Position numbers and translations under genes: made by a program. From the NCBI GenBank assembly GCA_000708835.1, contig DF236989.1:124001-188000 (forward strand): a DNA stretch of 64,000 bases, given 5' to 3'. Each line of letters begins with the position of its first letter. Within the stretch, counting starts at the first letter, position 1. Origin of the DNA: Klebsormidium nitens (taxonomy: Eukaryota; Plantae; Klebsormidiophyceae). Of the stretch, positions 37,193-50,100 are shown piece after piece. The notes under the pieces were generated by a model, which saw only the letters and a list, made by a program, of their open reading frames with translations, was not told where the DNA came from and ran no database searches.

Positions 37193-40053
37193 ATGCTCGC
37201 TGCCGCCCCCGCCGGATTGCTCTTTGCAAGGAGCATCTTTAGAACACCAGGTGCTGTGCAGAAAGGCGTAAGAGCGGCGTCAACCTCCAGAGTCCTCCTA
37301 TCGGCTGAGCAAAACATGGCCGGCCCTGCGCTAGCTAAGCCAAGGAAGATCATCAAGAAGTTGCTCAGTCGTGAGCAGAGTGAGGTGAGTGTAATCCGCT
37401 CTTCTTATCTGAGTCAATGGTTGCTTGTTGTGACATTGATTTAGTGGTGCGGCCAGCATCTGAAGGTCAGATTCTGCCGTTTATAGCGCAGAGTTCTCCA
37501 CAGAAGAGGTATCAGGCATCGATGGGGTGCCTGGAAGCTTGTTTGATCGCCATCTACTTGACTCATCATGGAGTCTTGTGATTGCTTGATGTAAGTAAGA
37601 TATGCGGAGGGGTTCTGAGAAACCAAACATTCAGGAGGTTTCGTATGCTTCTGACAACCCTCATTTTTGTTGTCCAGGGCGATGGAGCTAGAGTGCGGAG
37701 GAGCATCGGTCGACCGGAGCTGAGAAATCTTGATCCATGTAAGTAGGTGGTGCAAAAGATCCGGAGTTGCACCGCTATGCCACCTTTTCATTGTCAAAAC
37801 CTTCCCATGAGTTGCTGGTGTTTTCTCGGTGACTGGAACAAGTGTCTTTTTTTCCAGATTGTTGGTATGTTAGGCAGCAAGACGTACAGTTTGTCCAGAG
37901 TATCTAATGTATGTATGTATGTATGTATGCTGCTATGCTTCGCGCTCTGCTCAGATCTGGGGGTTTGATTTGTCAGCCTTCTCATTGCGAAAAGGGTTTT
38001 TCCTTGGGGCCGTGAGAAAGCAAGAGAGTTGCGTCGGGGCGGCAACTTGCAACTTTCCTGAGTAGGTTTGTGCACGACACACTGCCTCTTCTAATTTGCC
38101 GACATCTTGCTCATTCTTGGACCAAGGTCATGCTGTTGAAGCATTTCTTCCTTCTCTGCAGTCCTCATGCTCGACGAGTTCTCCGTCCAGCCTCCAGCCG
38201 GTTTCCCCGACCATCCCCATCGTGGACAGGGTGAGTTTGCTTTCGCTGTGGCAATTCGGCAAAATACGATGTTGTTTGAGCTGACGCTCGAAACTCACTC
38301 ATTCTGACTTTCAGAGACTCTTGTTTGCTCACGTCAGGAAACAACTCCAGCCAGCCTTCGGAGTTTCCATTTTTTATGCAACTCTTTTTGGGCATCAGAA
38401 GGCCAGGTCTGATGGAAAGGACCAAACTGGCAGTAAGCTGAAATATTATTGATTACCTTCCGAGGCTAGCTATATATAGCAGCATGAAACGAGCAACGCT
38501 TGTGAGTCGTGACTCTCACTGCAAGAGCTACGACAGCCTCTTGTTTATTACAATCGGATGTGGGTGTTAAATCTGTTACAGGGTCTGGGACTTTCTGCTG
38601 TTGCAAGAAACGCGCAAGAGCGGCGCACTTCATTCTTCTGAAGTGTGGGTTGACAATCTGCCTGTGACCCGACTGTTGAGCGCCTGCCTTTGAGCTGGAC
38701 GTAAATAGGCCCGTTCCCCTCTGCAGAGACCGTCACGTACATGCTGAAGGGCACGTTCACACACCAAGACTTCACAGGCCACAAGGGGACCATCAATCCC
38801 GGGGACGTGCAGTGGATGACTGCCGGGAGGGGCATTGTGCACTCTGAGATTCCGGCGTCCGATGACGCGCACGGGCTGCAGCTGTGGGTCAACCTGGCAG
38901 CCAAGGACAAGATGTAAGTCACTTTCTCGGCCTGCTTGCCTTAATATGTAGTTTGTATTGAACTGCATGCTGGGATTCACTTGGACACGTCTCTCCTGAC
39001 AGAGCTTGTGTGCTCAGAAGAGGGGTTCTGTAGGAGGTTTTGGTGGGTATGTTGCTGAGATCAACGTAAAAATGCCTACGTTTGAGAATGGCCGCAAGTG
39101 CAACAAAGGTGCTTCTTGACTGCCTGGCTTCAGTGGAGTCTTTTCTCCGCACCCTCGCACAGTAGACCAACCATCGACGTAGAGACAGAATTGTTGCCAG
39201 TCAGTCTTGGCCGGGTTGGTATGCAAGTGCATTCGAAGCCGATTATGAAAGTATCTGTCTCGCCTAGAATTGACGTCTTCCGTGGTGCTCAGCTTACGTC
39301 TCGTCTGCCGACTCTGGCTGTCGAGTCTGCTTCTTGAAACTTTCCAGGAGACTGGCACGACTGTCAAGGCCAATGGTTGGCCGGGGCTTTAAAGGGCGCT
39401 CGTGCTCGCACGCAAAACAGGCGCTATCACCCGAGGCTAACAAATTGCTGTTAGCTGTTAGATTGTCCATTCCTTCATCCATTCTCCTTCCTTGCCCTCA
39501 CAGAGTTGGTGCAGCTTCGATCGGCTCACCCGTCTCCAATTCACAATACTAACCCGCGCACTTTTTGTTTACCCCCAGGGTTGAGCCCGCGTACCAAGAG
39601 CTCCTCGCGTCCGAGATCCCGAAAGCCGAAAAGGACGGCGTCTCCGTGGCCGTCATCGCGGGCGAGTCCCTCGGCATCTCGTCCCCCGTCTTCACGCGCA
39701 CCCCGAGCATGTACCTCGACTTCACGCTCCAGCCGGGCGCGTCGATCTCGCAACCCGTCCCCGAGGGGTGGAACGGTTTCGCGTACACGCTGAACGGGAC
39801 GGCGGTGTTTGACGATGTCGAGAGCGGCCCGCACCATACGCTCCAACTAGGGCCGGGGGATGGGATCAAGGTCGAGAACAAGGGCGCCGAGCCCGCGCGG
39901 TTTGTGCTGATCGCCGGAAAGCCGCTGAACGAGCCGGTGGTGCAGCACGGGCCGTTTGTGATGAACACGCGCGAGGAGATCATGCAGACGTTCAACGATT
40001 ACCAGTACGGGAGGAACGGGTTCGAAAGGGCTCACACTTGGGTGTCGAGTTAG
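37193..40053 (+). CDS. PIR: Pirin-family bicupin protein (5 exons; ~327 aa from ATG 37193, ~286 aa from ATG 37316)
   Basis: Exons 37193-37384, 37678-37738, 38162-38230, 38727-38913 and 39579-40053 are in phase. Motifs: EGDGARVRRSIG, LDPFLMLDEF, GFPDHPHRGQETVTY, QWMTAGRGIVHSE, LQLWVNL, EPVVQHGPFVMNT. The start codon is uncertain. Confidence 0.95.
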
Positions 40054-40135
40054 GAGGTAGCAAGGGTATCCATGTCGAGTTAGAAGGTAGCAGGGAACCC
40101 ATGTCGAGTTAGGAGGTAGCAAGTTTATCCATGTA
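40042..40135 (+). repeat. Three ~30-bp tandem units that include the pirin stop codon
   Basis: tgtcgagttag(g/a)aggtagca(a/g)g...ccat occurs three times. The first TAG is the pirin stop at 40051-40053. Confidence 0.9.
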
Positions 40136-41168
40136 GAAAGAGATTTTTTGTACAGTATGCTTGATGCGAGTGTGCCCCTGGGATTGAGGCACGCATCAAA
40201 TAGGGCTCTTTCGATCGAAGATTCTTATCCTTGATGCTTACAAACGCCATGCCCGAATTGGACATGGCGTCGTACTTGGCCTGAAGACTGGAACATACCA
40301 TTTGAAAGGCTTCTTCGTGTGATTGTGAAGACGACTTGATCTCGGAACACTCGAACTAATTCACGGTCATGCGGTTTTTTTGTGGGTGTCACACTATCTG
40401 CAAGTTATAAGCCTGAATTCTGAAAGCTCGGTTTAGGCCCGGCCGTGCACCGGGCCTCAGCCCCCTTGAAGCTCCATGCCATCTGCAACCGGCCAATGAT
40501 CTGATCATATACATCTGTGTTATAGTTGGATCGCTGCCATGCTGAGTTACCATAGAAAATCACGTCCATGTCTCACATCATGCAAGAGCTAGTACATGTT
40601 AAGTTTCGCCACTGTCAGACCTAGAGCTATGGCATGCGTGAACTTATGGGTCGTGAACTGTGCGTCCATTGCATGCAAAGTCAAAACTATTTATTGCACC
40701 GCTTGCATGCAGCGCCAGATCTGCAACATGTATTCAAACAACAAATCAAAGCCATGTACGTATGGTCACTGCCGCAGCAGGCCGGTGACGAGTCTCTGAC
40801 GTCACGCTGCAATGATTGCATGCAAACCTGAGCTGGCATTAATTAACTTGGCTGGCATTGGCACTCAATCCGTATCATGTTATCGATCCGCAATCAAATC
40901 GTGTCAAGCTCGAGGTAACACAATCTTTACAGGACTTAAAGGACCCAAGCTATGGCCCAGGGCCAAGCGAACGCCGCTCTTCTGGGCTGCCGCGCTTATC
41001 AATCGCGACGGCTTATTGCCGGCCAATATATCTGGACCGCCGGCTAAGACTCTGTTCAGCACGCTCTATTTGACCTAAGTATTGACATCGACTCTTTAGT
41101 CTCAACGTTTCGGACGCCCAAAATGGCTACTTTTGGCGCAAGGGAGCACATTCGGACGCCCAGAGTAG

Positions 41169-44100
41169 CTATTGGAAGCGCTCGAAGTATTTTCGGACGT
41201 CTTCCGGACGGCACTTTTGGCCAGGCGGCAGGCTCAGCTTGAGCGCGGCCCCGGCGGGCGCTTTCCCCGAGACGTGCGTCGGGTGGAGCATGCGCGCCAT
41301 TATTTCTACGCCCAGGACCAACCTGAGGAAAAGGACGAGAAGGATGATAAGAATGGAAGCAAGCCTTTCATGATAAGACGTCATGGGATCGACTCGCTAG
41401 CAGACCGAGTCTACCTTAGAAGAACTTGTTACTAGTCCACAGACGATGCGGCAGTGCCGAGAGCAGAAACCCTTCACTGATTCGACAGCAAAGCAGTGCT
41501 ATCTGATGCCTTGATCAATTGGCGCACTAAAGCAACTGAGGAGATTCTACCTGGCCGGAGTGCCTACTTTCAATTGGGCGCAGAAGCGAAAGAATCAGGG
41601 CTTTTATCAACAACAAAAGAACCACAATCTTGAAAGGTAACGGTGATGAGGAAGACGATTTTGCGAATTTAGACGTACCGATGGGAAGGCAGACAACAAA
41701 GACGGAAAAGCGAGAGCTCTCACCTGGGCCCCGGTCGACTGAAAAACGAGTGCTCGCAGATGAAGACCTGCCGGTTTTGGACGGCCGTAAGGTTCCAGAA
41801 GCCCGGACATGATGCCACATACTCGACTTCGGACAACGAACGCTCAGGATTGGAGGAGCAGGGAACCAGGACGAGGACCTCCGGATCGTACTTGATGACC
41901 CGCTCCCACTGCAGCCGCTCCGCGTTGCACCCGGGCTCCTGGGAGGGAGACACGTCAGCACGACGTCAGCAAACGTCAGCATGACGTTAGCAAACGTTTG
42001 CAGACAAACGAGAAAGTTTGACCAGGCGTCTTAGCCGAACCGCTCCCAACGCAGCCGCTCCACGTGGCGCCCAAGCTCCTGGGATGGAGAGACGTCAGCG
42101 TGATGTCAGCAAATGACCGCAGACAACCGAGAAAGTTCGACCGTGTATCTTAGCGAGCGCTCTAACTGCAGCCGCTCTGGGTCGCGCCCTTCTCATGGAA
42201 GAAAGAGACGTCAGCATGACGTCAGCATGTGCCCGTCTGACAGTCGCGGAAAAGTGCAACAGGCGTTCGAGCCAGTAATCATTGACGAAGAATGATGCGC
42301 GCGCCCGATGTGGCTGCTTCGCAAACGACCCTGGCTCCTGACGAAAGCGGACATAACGCTAAACAAAGCTGAGACACATCAGCAGCACACGTCAGCTCCG
42401 ACGATCTCAAGGTGAGAGCGAAGGCTTGGGCGGAGACTATCAGGCACGCCCACTAGAACCGCTCCAAGTGGCACCCTGACTTCAAGTTCTGGGGGGCCAC
42501 GTCAGCGTGACAGCAGCGAGCGGGACCGCACATCAGAAGCTCCAAAACAAAACTCCTCCCCGCAAGCCTGCTCTCGGACGCTTGTAACGAGCAGCCACTC
42601 TTCCGTGCAAGTCCCATCTTACGTTCTCAACGCTCCGGAGATACAATGATGACCTTTTCTTCGCATGGCATTCAGCAAAGCTGTACCTCTTCCCAATGAA
42701 TTTGACCGGAAAAAAGGCATCAAATGATGAAATTCAATGCTCACTTGCAAGCCGTCCACCCCTCCCGCCACGATCCTCATCTCGGGCAGCCACTGCCCCT
42801 TCATATGAAATCCAAAACCACATACTCTCTGCTTTACAACGAACAGTCTTTTGTCAGTTCAAAAAATCATATGTCTGAGTTTGATGCTCACTTGCAAGCC
42901 GTCCACCCCCCCCGCCAAGATCTTCATTTCCGGTAGCCAGTGCCCCCCCAGAACGAGCGGGTGCAGCCCTTCTAGCGACAGCACCCGCGGCCGGTGCGAC
43001 GCCCCAGCCACCGCTCCCGCGACCGCGCGTGATCGCGCCCGGAGTTGCTCTACCAGGGCGCGAGCGGTTGCGGCCGCGCCGACCGCTTCTCCTAGTTTCA
43101 GGATGCTGGCGAAGACGTCGGCCATCTAGACAGGGGGAAAGCAGGTGTTGACAAAATGAAAAAAAACCCGGAGTTTAGGGTCTAAGAAATTTTGCGATTT
43201 GACGGAGCGCTCTGGCCAGCGCACGCGCAACTGGAGCCCTCCAACCGCTTCCCCTAGTTTCAGGTGCTGGCGAAGACGTCGACCATCTGGACGGGAGGTA
43301 ACCGGTGTTCGACAACTTGAAAATAAGAATGCAAATGGTCAGGATTCTTTAAATTGCACGCTCGAAAGGTGCTCTTCCAGTGCGCGAGCGGTCGCGGTTG
43401 CGGCCGCGCCAATCGTGTCTCCCAGCTTTAGGATGCTGGCAAAACGTCGGGCATCTGGACGGGAGGTACCGCGGGTCTTAGCAATTTCAGAATGACTGTG
43501 TTCTCCAAAACAGCACGTTCTGAGAGTGTGTGTAAAAGCTGTTCAATAGCCCACAGATCACCGTCCTTGGTTCCAGCTACACGACGTCGGTCTTTTCGTC
43601 GAGCAGCCCCGCCATGGAAAGAGCGCGCGCGTGCCCCTCTAGCCTAGCATCAACCACTGAGTAACTATCTATTCAGCCAAAGAACGAATCGAAATCAGTC
43701 ACAAAATCCACGACTTACCGTCCTTGGGTCTAGCACCACACTTCGGTCTCCCGTCGAGCAGCCCCGCCGTGGACAGTGTGCGCGCAACCTTTGGCCTAGA
43801 ACGATTTAGAACAGGTAACTGACTGACTAACAAACGAACAAGGTAGCTAAGTGATGACCTAAGTAAGTGACCAGCGAACACTATTGTAACAATCCCCGAC
43901 TCACCGTCCTCGGATCCAAAACCACGACCTCGGTCTTCCCGTCGAGCAGCCCCGCCGTCGAGAGCGCAAGCGCAACCTCGCTCTATTTTGTTTGTTCTTG
44001 TTGTTTCCGACTGGTCTCATTGTTCAATCAATGCATACCCTGGCAAGGGCCCTCAAAACTTAAAGAAGAGCCTAAAACACAGGAATCAAGATTCAAGACT

Positions 44101-47100
44101 CACCGTTCTTGGATCCAGCACGACGACCTCCGTGTCGCCGTCGAGCAGCCCCGCCGTTGAGAGCGCGCGCGCGACCTCGCTCTTGTCGACATCGCACACC
44201 TGGCACGAGTCCTGCGTGACAACTAGATCGGGGCGCTCCCGGGCCAGCCACTCCACGTCCATCTCGAACAGGCTCTCCTTGCGCTCCTTGAGCGTGCGCA
44301 ACTGCACCAAGAATGGGGTTATGGTTTAGGACCTGGGTTAGCGTTGTGGGATTAGCGGTTCTTGTCTTTGATATTCTGGGATTGGGTTCCAACGAGGTCT
44401 CCTTGCGCTCCTTGAGCGCGCGCAATTGCAACGGGAATGGGCTTTGAGTTTTAGGATCTGGGGTTAGCGTTCTCGTCTTTGAAGTTCTGGGGTTAGGATT
44501 CTCAACAGGGTCTCCTTGCGCTCCTTGAATGTGCGTAACTGCACAAGGAATAAGGTGGAGATTTTAGGATCTAGGGTTAGCGTTCTTGTGTGTTTGAGAT
44601 TCTAGGATTCGACTTTCTACACGCTTTTTTTGTGCACCTGGGTGCGTAACTGCACGAGCGCAACGGATGCAGAGCTTGTATTTTTTTCACGTGGGGGCTT
44701 TTGATAAGAATGCGTTGATTTAGGAGAGCCCTTGTTCAAATGGATTTTAGAGGATACCGGAACCGCACTCACAGCTTGAACGGCTTTTGGAAACGTTCCA
44801 AGTGCTTGCAAAGTTTGTTTCATGTAGATGAATCGAAGCGACCTGGCTTTAGAAAGGACGCTACGTGTATGAATCGGCGAAAACGATGGCAACTCAAGAA
44901 TTTCCTGAGCGTAAAAGTGGTCGTTTGCAGAGAAGCAGCACAACAAGATTCGATCCAGACCTTTTGGAATACCATTCAAAACAGGTAACACAATCCGAAG
45001 AAATGTTCCAATCGCCCGGTGTGCCCCGCCTTTGCATCGACCTCCTTGGAGCTCATCGTCGAGCTGTCTTAACGAATTACATTCCAAACTTCCAAGCACC
45101 AGTTGATCGAAAAGACGACAAATTCGGAAACAAAGGAGGAAAAACGACCGCCGCTCGGCGATGAAGCCACAAAGAGATGCCAAGACGAGCGCTGAGTGTA
45201 CCACCTTGGCAACGACCTTTTAAGGGCGCGATACCCTACAACAATGAACAGATGCCCTACAACAATAAACAGATGAACCATAAAGCACTAAACCCTGAAA
45301 CTCTCAAACAATAAAACCATCGGCCTCTAGATCCTGCAACTCTTAAAACTCGGTTCCCACCTTAGCGTCGACCTCCTTGGAGCTCATTTTGGAGCTGTCG
45401 ATTTTGCTTCTGCACACGATGTGCCGCCCCCGGGTGTGCACGCCAGGCGGGAAGTCGCACAGATCCGAGATGCCTATTAGCCTATCGCCTACTCCTGCAA
45501 GGGGGAAACCAGAGAGACGCTTGTTCAGAAGTCTCTTAAGCTTCTGCTTGATTTTGTTTCCATATTTCGAACCCACTTAGATTGTCCTTTCTCGAGGCAC
45601 CTGCCGGAAGGAAAGTCGCACAGGTCCGAGATGCCTATTAGCCATCGCCTACTCCTGCAAGAGGGGCAAGCAAACGGAGGCTTGAAAACTTCGTGAGCTA
45701 TCCCTAACAGATCTTGTAAGGGCAATGTCTCTAGGATCCAATGGAACCTCGCCCTAAAGCACCTGCCCGAGGGGAAGTTGCACAGTCCTAGATGCCGGTA
45801 GCACTGCCTTCTCGTGTGAGAGAGAACAAGGACAAAGATTGGAGCTTCTCAGGCTCGTCCTCACTAGCCCTACGTTACTCCTTGCCTTTCGATAGTGCCC
45901 CGATCAGTCTGCAGGAGAGATACGTTAGCATTGAGTTGTCGCATAAGCTGGGGATGATGGTGAAATCTCGGCCGTTTCGGCATTCCCGGCCGCGTGAAGC
46001 GACTGTGATCCATTTTTATTCTAGCAATACTTCTTTTCCTCTCTGTAACCTGCAAGTCAGCCAGTGATCAGACATTGCCTCACCTAAGTGCATAAGGATC
46101 TCCGTTGCATGCGGCAGCAACGACACGATCTTCACGGGCAACCGCCTCGGCGCCCCGTACACCGTCATCGGACCGTGCCACGTTCCGCTTCCGCCCCACT
46201 CGCGCCCGTTCAACGAACTCCGCGGACTGATTCTATGATACCGTCCCGACGTGCTGGGGGGCCCGAAATCGTCCGAAGAATCGGAGCCCCCCTCGTCGTC
46301 CAACTCCGCCGACGTCCGCAGATGCGACCCGCCGTCCGAGCTCCCGTCCGAGCTGCCACGTGTCCCCTTCAAGGGGGATCCCCGGAGGCCCCCGTTCGAG
46401 AACCCGTTCGTCCACTCGTTGGACGCGGCCCGCGACACCGGTTTCCGCGACCAGTCGACCGACCCGTTTCTCGATATCGACCCCGCGCGCGACATCGGCG
46501 CCGAGTCGACCCGGTAGAGCGGCCCCGAGTCGCTCTCCCGCCGCGCCCAGTCCCAGCTAGAATAGCCCCCCCGGCCGTCCGCATGCCGGCCCGAAGCGTC
46601 CGGATGGCTCGCCCGGGTGTCCGAATGCCTGCCCGGAACGTCCGGAGGGATCCCCCGGCCGTCCGAAAACTCGCGTGAGCTGCGGAGTTCGCGGATCAGG
46701 GGGTCGTGGATCTCGGTCACGATCGGAGCGCTTACGATGGATTTGAGGAGAGCGGGCCCGCCGTTTTCGGACGAATATCGGACGAGTTGGTTGGAGTCGG
46801 ACTCGTTCAGAGCGGCATGCACGGCGGCGGCGGCGGCGGCCCCAGCAGCGGCAGCAGCCTCGGCACCTGGGGGCGAAGTCGAGCTTCGTTTTCAGAAGAA
46901 TCAGAAGTTGATGCACTTCAGCTTAGTCTCTATATCGTTACAGCTGCCTCATCTGACCCAGAGTTGGCGGTGAGCGAATGCAGGACCACCAAGGATCCCC
47001 CATCTGAAACTAAGTAAAAGCGGGTTCGCAGGTCGAAAAGATGAACTGACTGAGATTCCGAAGAACAAGCAGCATCAAGCTACCGCGGAAAGAGTGTCGC

Positions 47101-50100
47101 AAAGAGTGTGAACAAAAGTAGCAAGACGAGAAGCCAAACGGAGACCTCAAAACGGCATCTAAACCAGATCTTTCAGCAACACGAGGAGACAGCGACGTCC
47201 TGCAAGCCCCCGAAAACAACGCAGCCTCAACATCCTGTGTCTTCGCCCACCTGCCGCTGCCACTGCCGAGGCGCTTGCTGCGGCGACCGCCGCCGCTTTT
47301 GACGTGTCCTCCTTGCACTTCTCCACGAACGACGTGGCGGCCCCCGTGTTGCTTCCGAAATGCAGGTGCACGTAGCTCGCCAGCACGTTGCCGATCTGGA
47401 ACCCTTCCAGGATCGGCTCCACTCTGTAAACGAAAAGTGCTTAGGTAAGTTTTTGTCGTTCCTTCCCCAGATGGGTACGCCTTTGGCTTGCTGGTACCTT
47501 GTTAGGAGGCAGATCGAGGACGCTTGGTACGCGCAGGGAAAATGAGGGGTGATCTTTGCTAGCTGGTCAGAGTAGTAGCCGTTGGAATAGAGTGCTTTTC
47601 AGCACATGGGATTGAGTTGCGTCAAATTTTGTTGGGAGACTTTCAGCCGACGTATGCTGCGCAAACGTCCACGGACATAACGGGCAAAATGACACACTAA
47701 AAGTTGCTGAACACAACGAGCTGGCAATTTTCGAAGCCTCTCGAGTCCTGTCAGTGAAACAATGTCGCCACGTCACAATCGCCAGACGGATTACAGAACG
47801 CAGTTCACAATCAGTCCGTCCTTACTCCCGAACACCGATCTCAGGAGTAGATTGCTACAATGGACTGACGGTCAGGCAAGAGTCAGGAAGATTCCGGTAA
47901 AACTTACACGGGGGACTCCCATCACAAACATAACTCCGACCATGAAAAGTACAAAAGATAGACCCGCCCATAGCCCAAAAGCTACCCTCGAGGTTACCAC
48001 ATTGCATGATGCTAATCACTGTCTGGCAAGAACCACGAAAGAAGCGGGTGCACTTAACCTGGGGTACGGCCGTCACAACCGCAAGTCCGAATCTAAAGTG
48101 CACCATGAGAGTGAGCCGACTACGGTTCCCAAAAGCCGACCTTCAGAGCACCTCATAACACCGGAATGATGCAGCCAGGCAACAAATACGAGAGAAACCG
48201 GCAGAACTTACCCGGGGTACTGCAAGCTAACAGTGTAAGCCTGCTCGACGGGCAGAGGCAGCCCCCCCGGGACTGTCATTTTCCCGGGGCTCTCGTCCTC
48301 AATGACCTCGCTAAAGTGGTACACCTGTCCCCGCAGCTCCTTCAAGTGCGCGGGGAAGAGAACGCAGTTGTCCCGCGGCGCCACCTGGCAGCGGAGGATT
48401 GGCTGGGTCAGGATTGCTTTACGACTGGGAGCTTCGACGAAAGGTGCTTATATTATAGAATAGAACAGGGCTACATCGCGCCTTTTCTACCTTCCCTTTC
48501 TGGCTACACATGGGATTCTTTGCAAAACTGATCAAACCTCCCCTTTTCTGCGAAAGAACCTTGGTGATAGCGTTGATTTGGCTTAGCAGGATACAATCGA
48601 CCGTCAATCCTGGCTCCAAGCGGAAACCGCTGGCGTATCCTCAGTCTTCCCTTCAAGCGCTTTGTAACAAATTGCTGGGGTACATCTCAAGCAGCCGATA
48701 GGCAAACCAAACGATGACCGCAGATGCTTTTCTTAGGTTTGGCTAACATTGAGTCTTACAAACCCACCTTGACATAGCCCATCATCATTTTCTGCACCAT
48801 GCGCGTCCAGAACGGGAACACCCCGCACATGGGGTACCGTTCGCCCGCCGTTTCTAGCCCCTGGGAGAGATACATTAGCCCCCCGCACTCTCCGTATATC
48901 ACCCCCCCAGCAGCAGCAAACGCTCGGATCGCGTACAGCATCCGCGTGTTTCCAGCTAGCTGGGGAGCATGCAACTCGGGATAGCCCCCCCCAAAGTAGA
49001 GACCGTCGATGCGTGTCGGAAGGGCGTCGGTCAGGGGGGAAAAGTACACGAGCTGGGCCCCCGCCGCTGCAACAGAGATAAGAATGATGGGTATAAGCAA
49101 TGCGCTGACGACACACACCATGTGGCTGACATCACGGGCATGGGCGTCAAGAATCTAACATCGTATGTTTCTATAGCAGGGAATGTTGATTCCCGCACGA
49201 GCTTTTTCATGTCCTTGGCAAAGAAACACTAAGGTTCTAAGTCACAAAACACTGCTTCGTACCGCTTCGATCAACCAGGAACCAAAGGTCTGCCACTGTG
49301 AGATGCACTTGCACAAGACACGTTTCTGGTCTGTTCGAGCGATTCACCCAAAACATACACCACGCCTCTCTCTACACTCTATAGTCAACTCTGTAGTCAA
49401 CCAAACCCCAACTATAACCCACAGTGACACCATCTTGATCTCTCACCTTGCAAGAGAGCCAGGTTCTCGTGGTAGTAGAAGCAAAACGCGTCGTCCCGTG
49501 CGACGCCAATCCGGACCATTTTTGACGGCGACGGCAGGAGGGGCGGCAGCCCATTTGCAGGAGCGAACGTTGGGCTCTCAGGGTCGCCGTTGCTGACATC
49601 AGCGCTAACGTCAGTGCTCGTGGGCGAGCGCGCCTCGACGGTGCCCGCCAGCTGGAGGATCGCGTCGAGGTCGACGTGCTTTTCTAGCAGGTCGGCGAGC
49701 TTTTCTATGTGGTCGATGGGGACCCCCTCCTCGCCTGGTTAGGAATATGGTCAAGAACATGGTTATAGACTGGGTCAGAGATATAACCCCAAGTCCAGAC
49801 TTACCACGATGCAACTCCATTTGGCCGCTTGGGACCCCTTCGTCGCCTGGTCAGGAATGAGATCAAGAAACGGCTTGAATAAACGAGATGCAGGTCAAGT
49901 GGTCAAGAGCGTGGTTAAGAAGTGGGTCAGGGGGGAGTACTCCGAGTTGGGTTTCACCGGCAGGAAGGTTTGACATGGCTAGGTGGGCAAGTGTTTTCAC
50001 AGCAAACGGATAAGATGCAATCAGAGTAATAGACTGATGTTCATCGACCGGCAGCAGATATATTGACCTGGCCAAGATAGACTAGGTTGTCAACAGGGAC

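Noticed and set aside
40596-41078. Short ORFs between the pirin and cbiA 3' ends
   Set aside because: They have no recognisable family or consistent splice structure and are most likely 3' UTR or intergenic.
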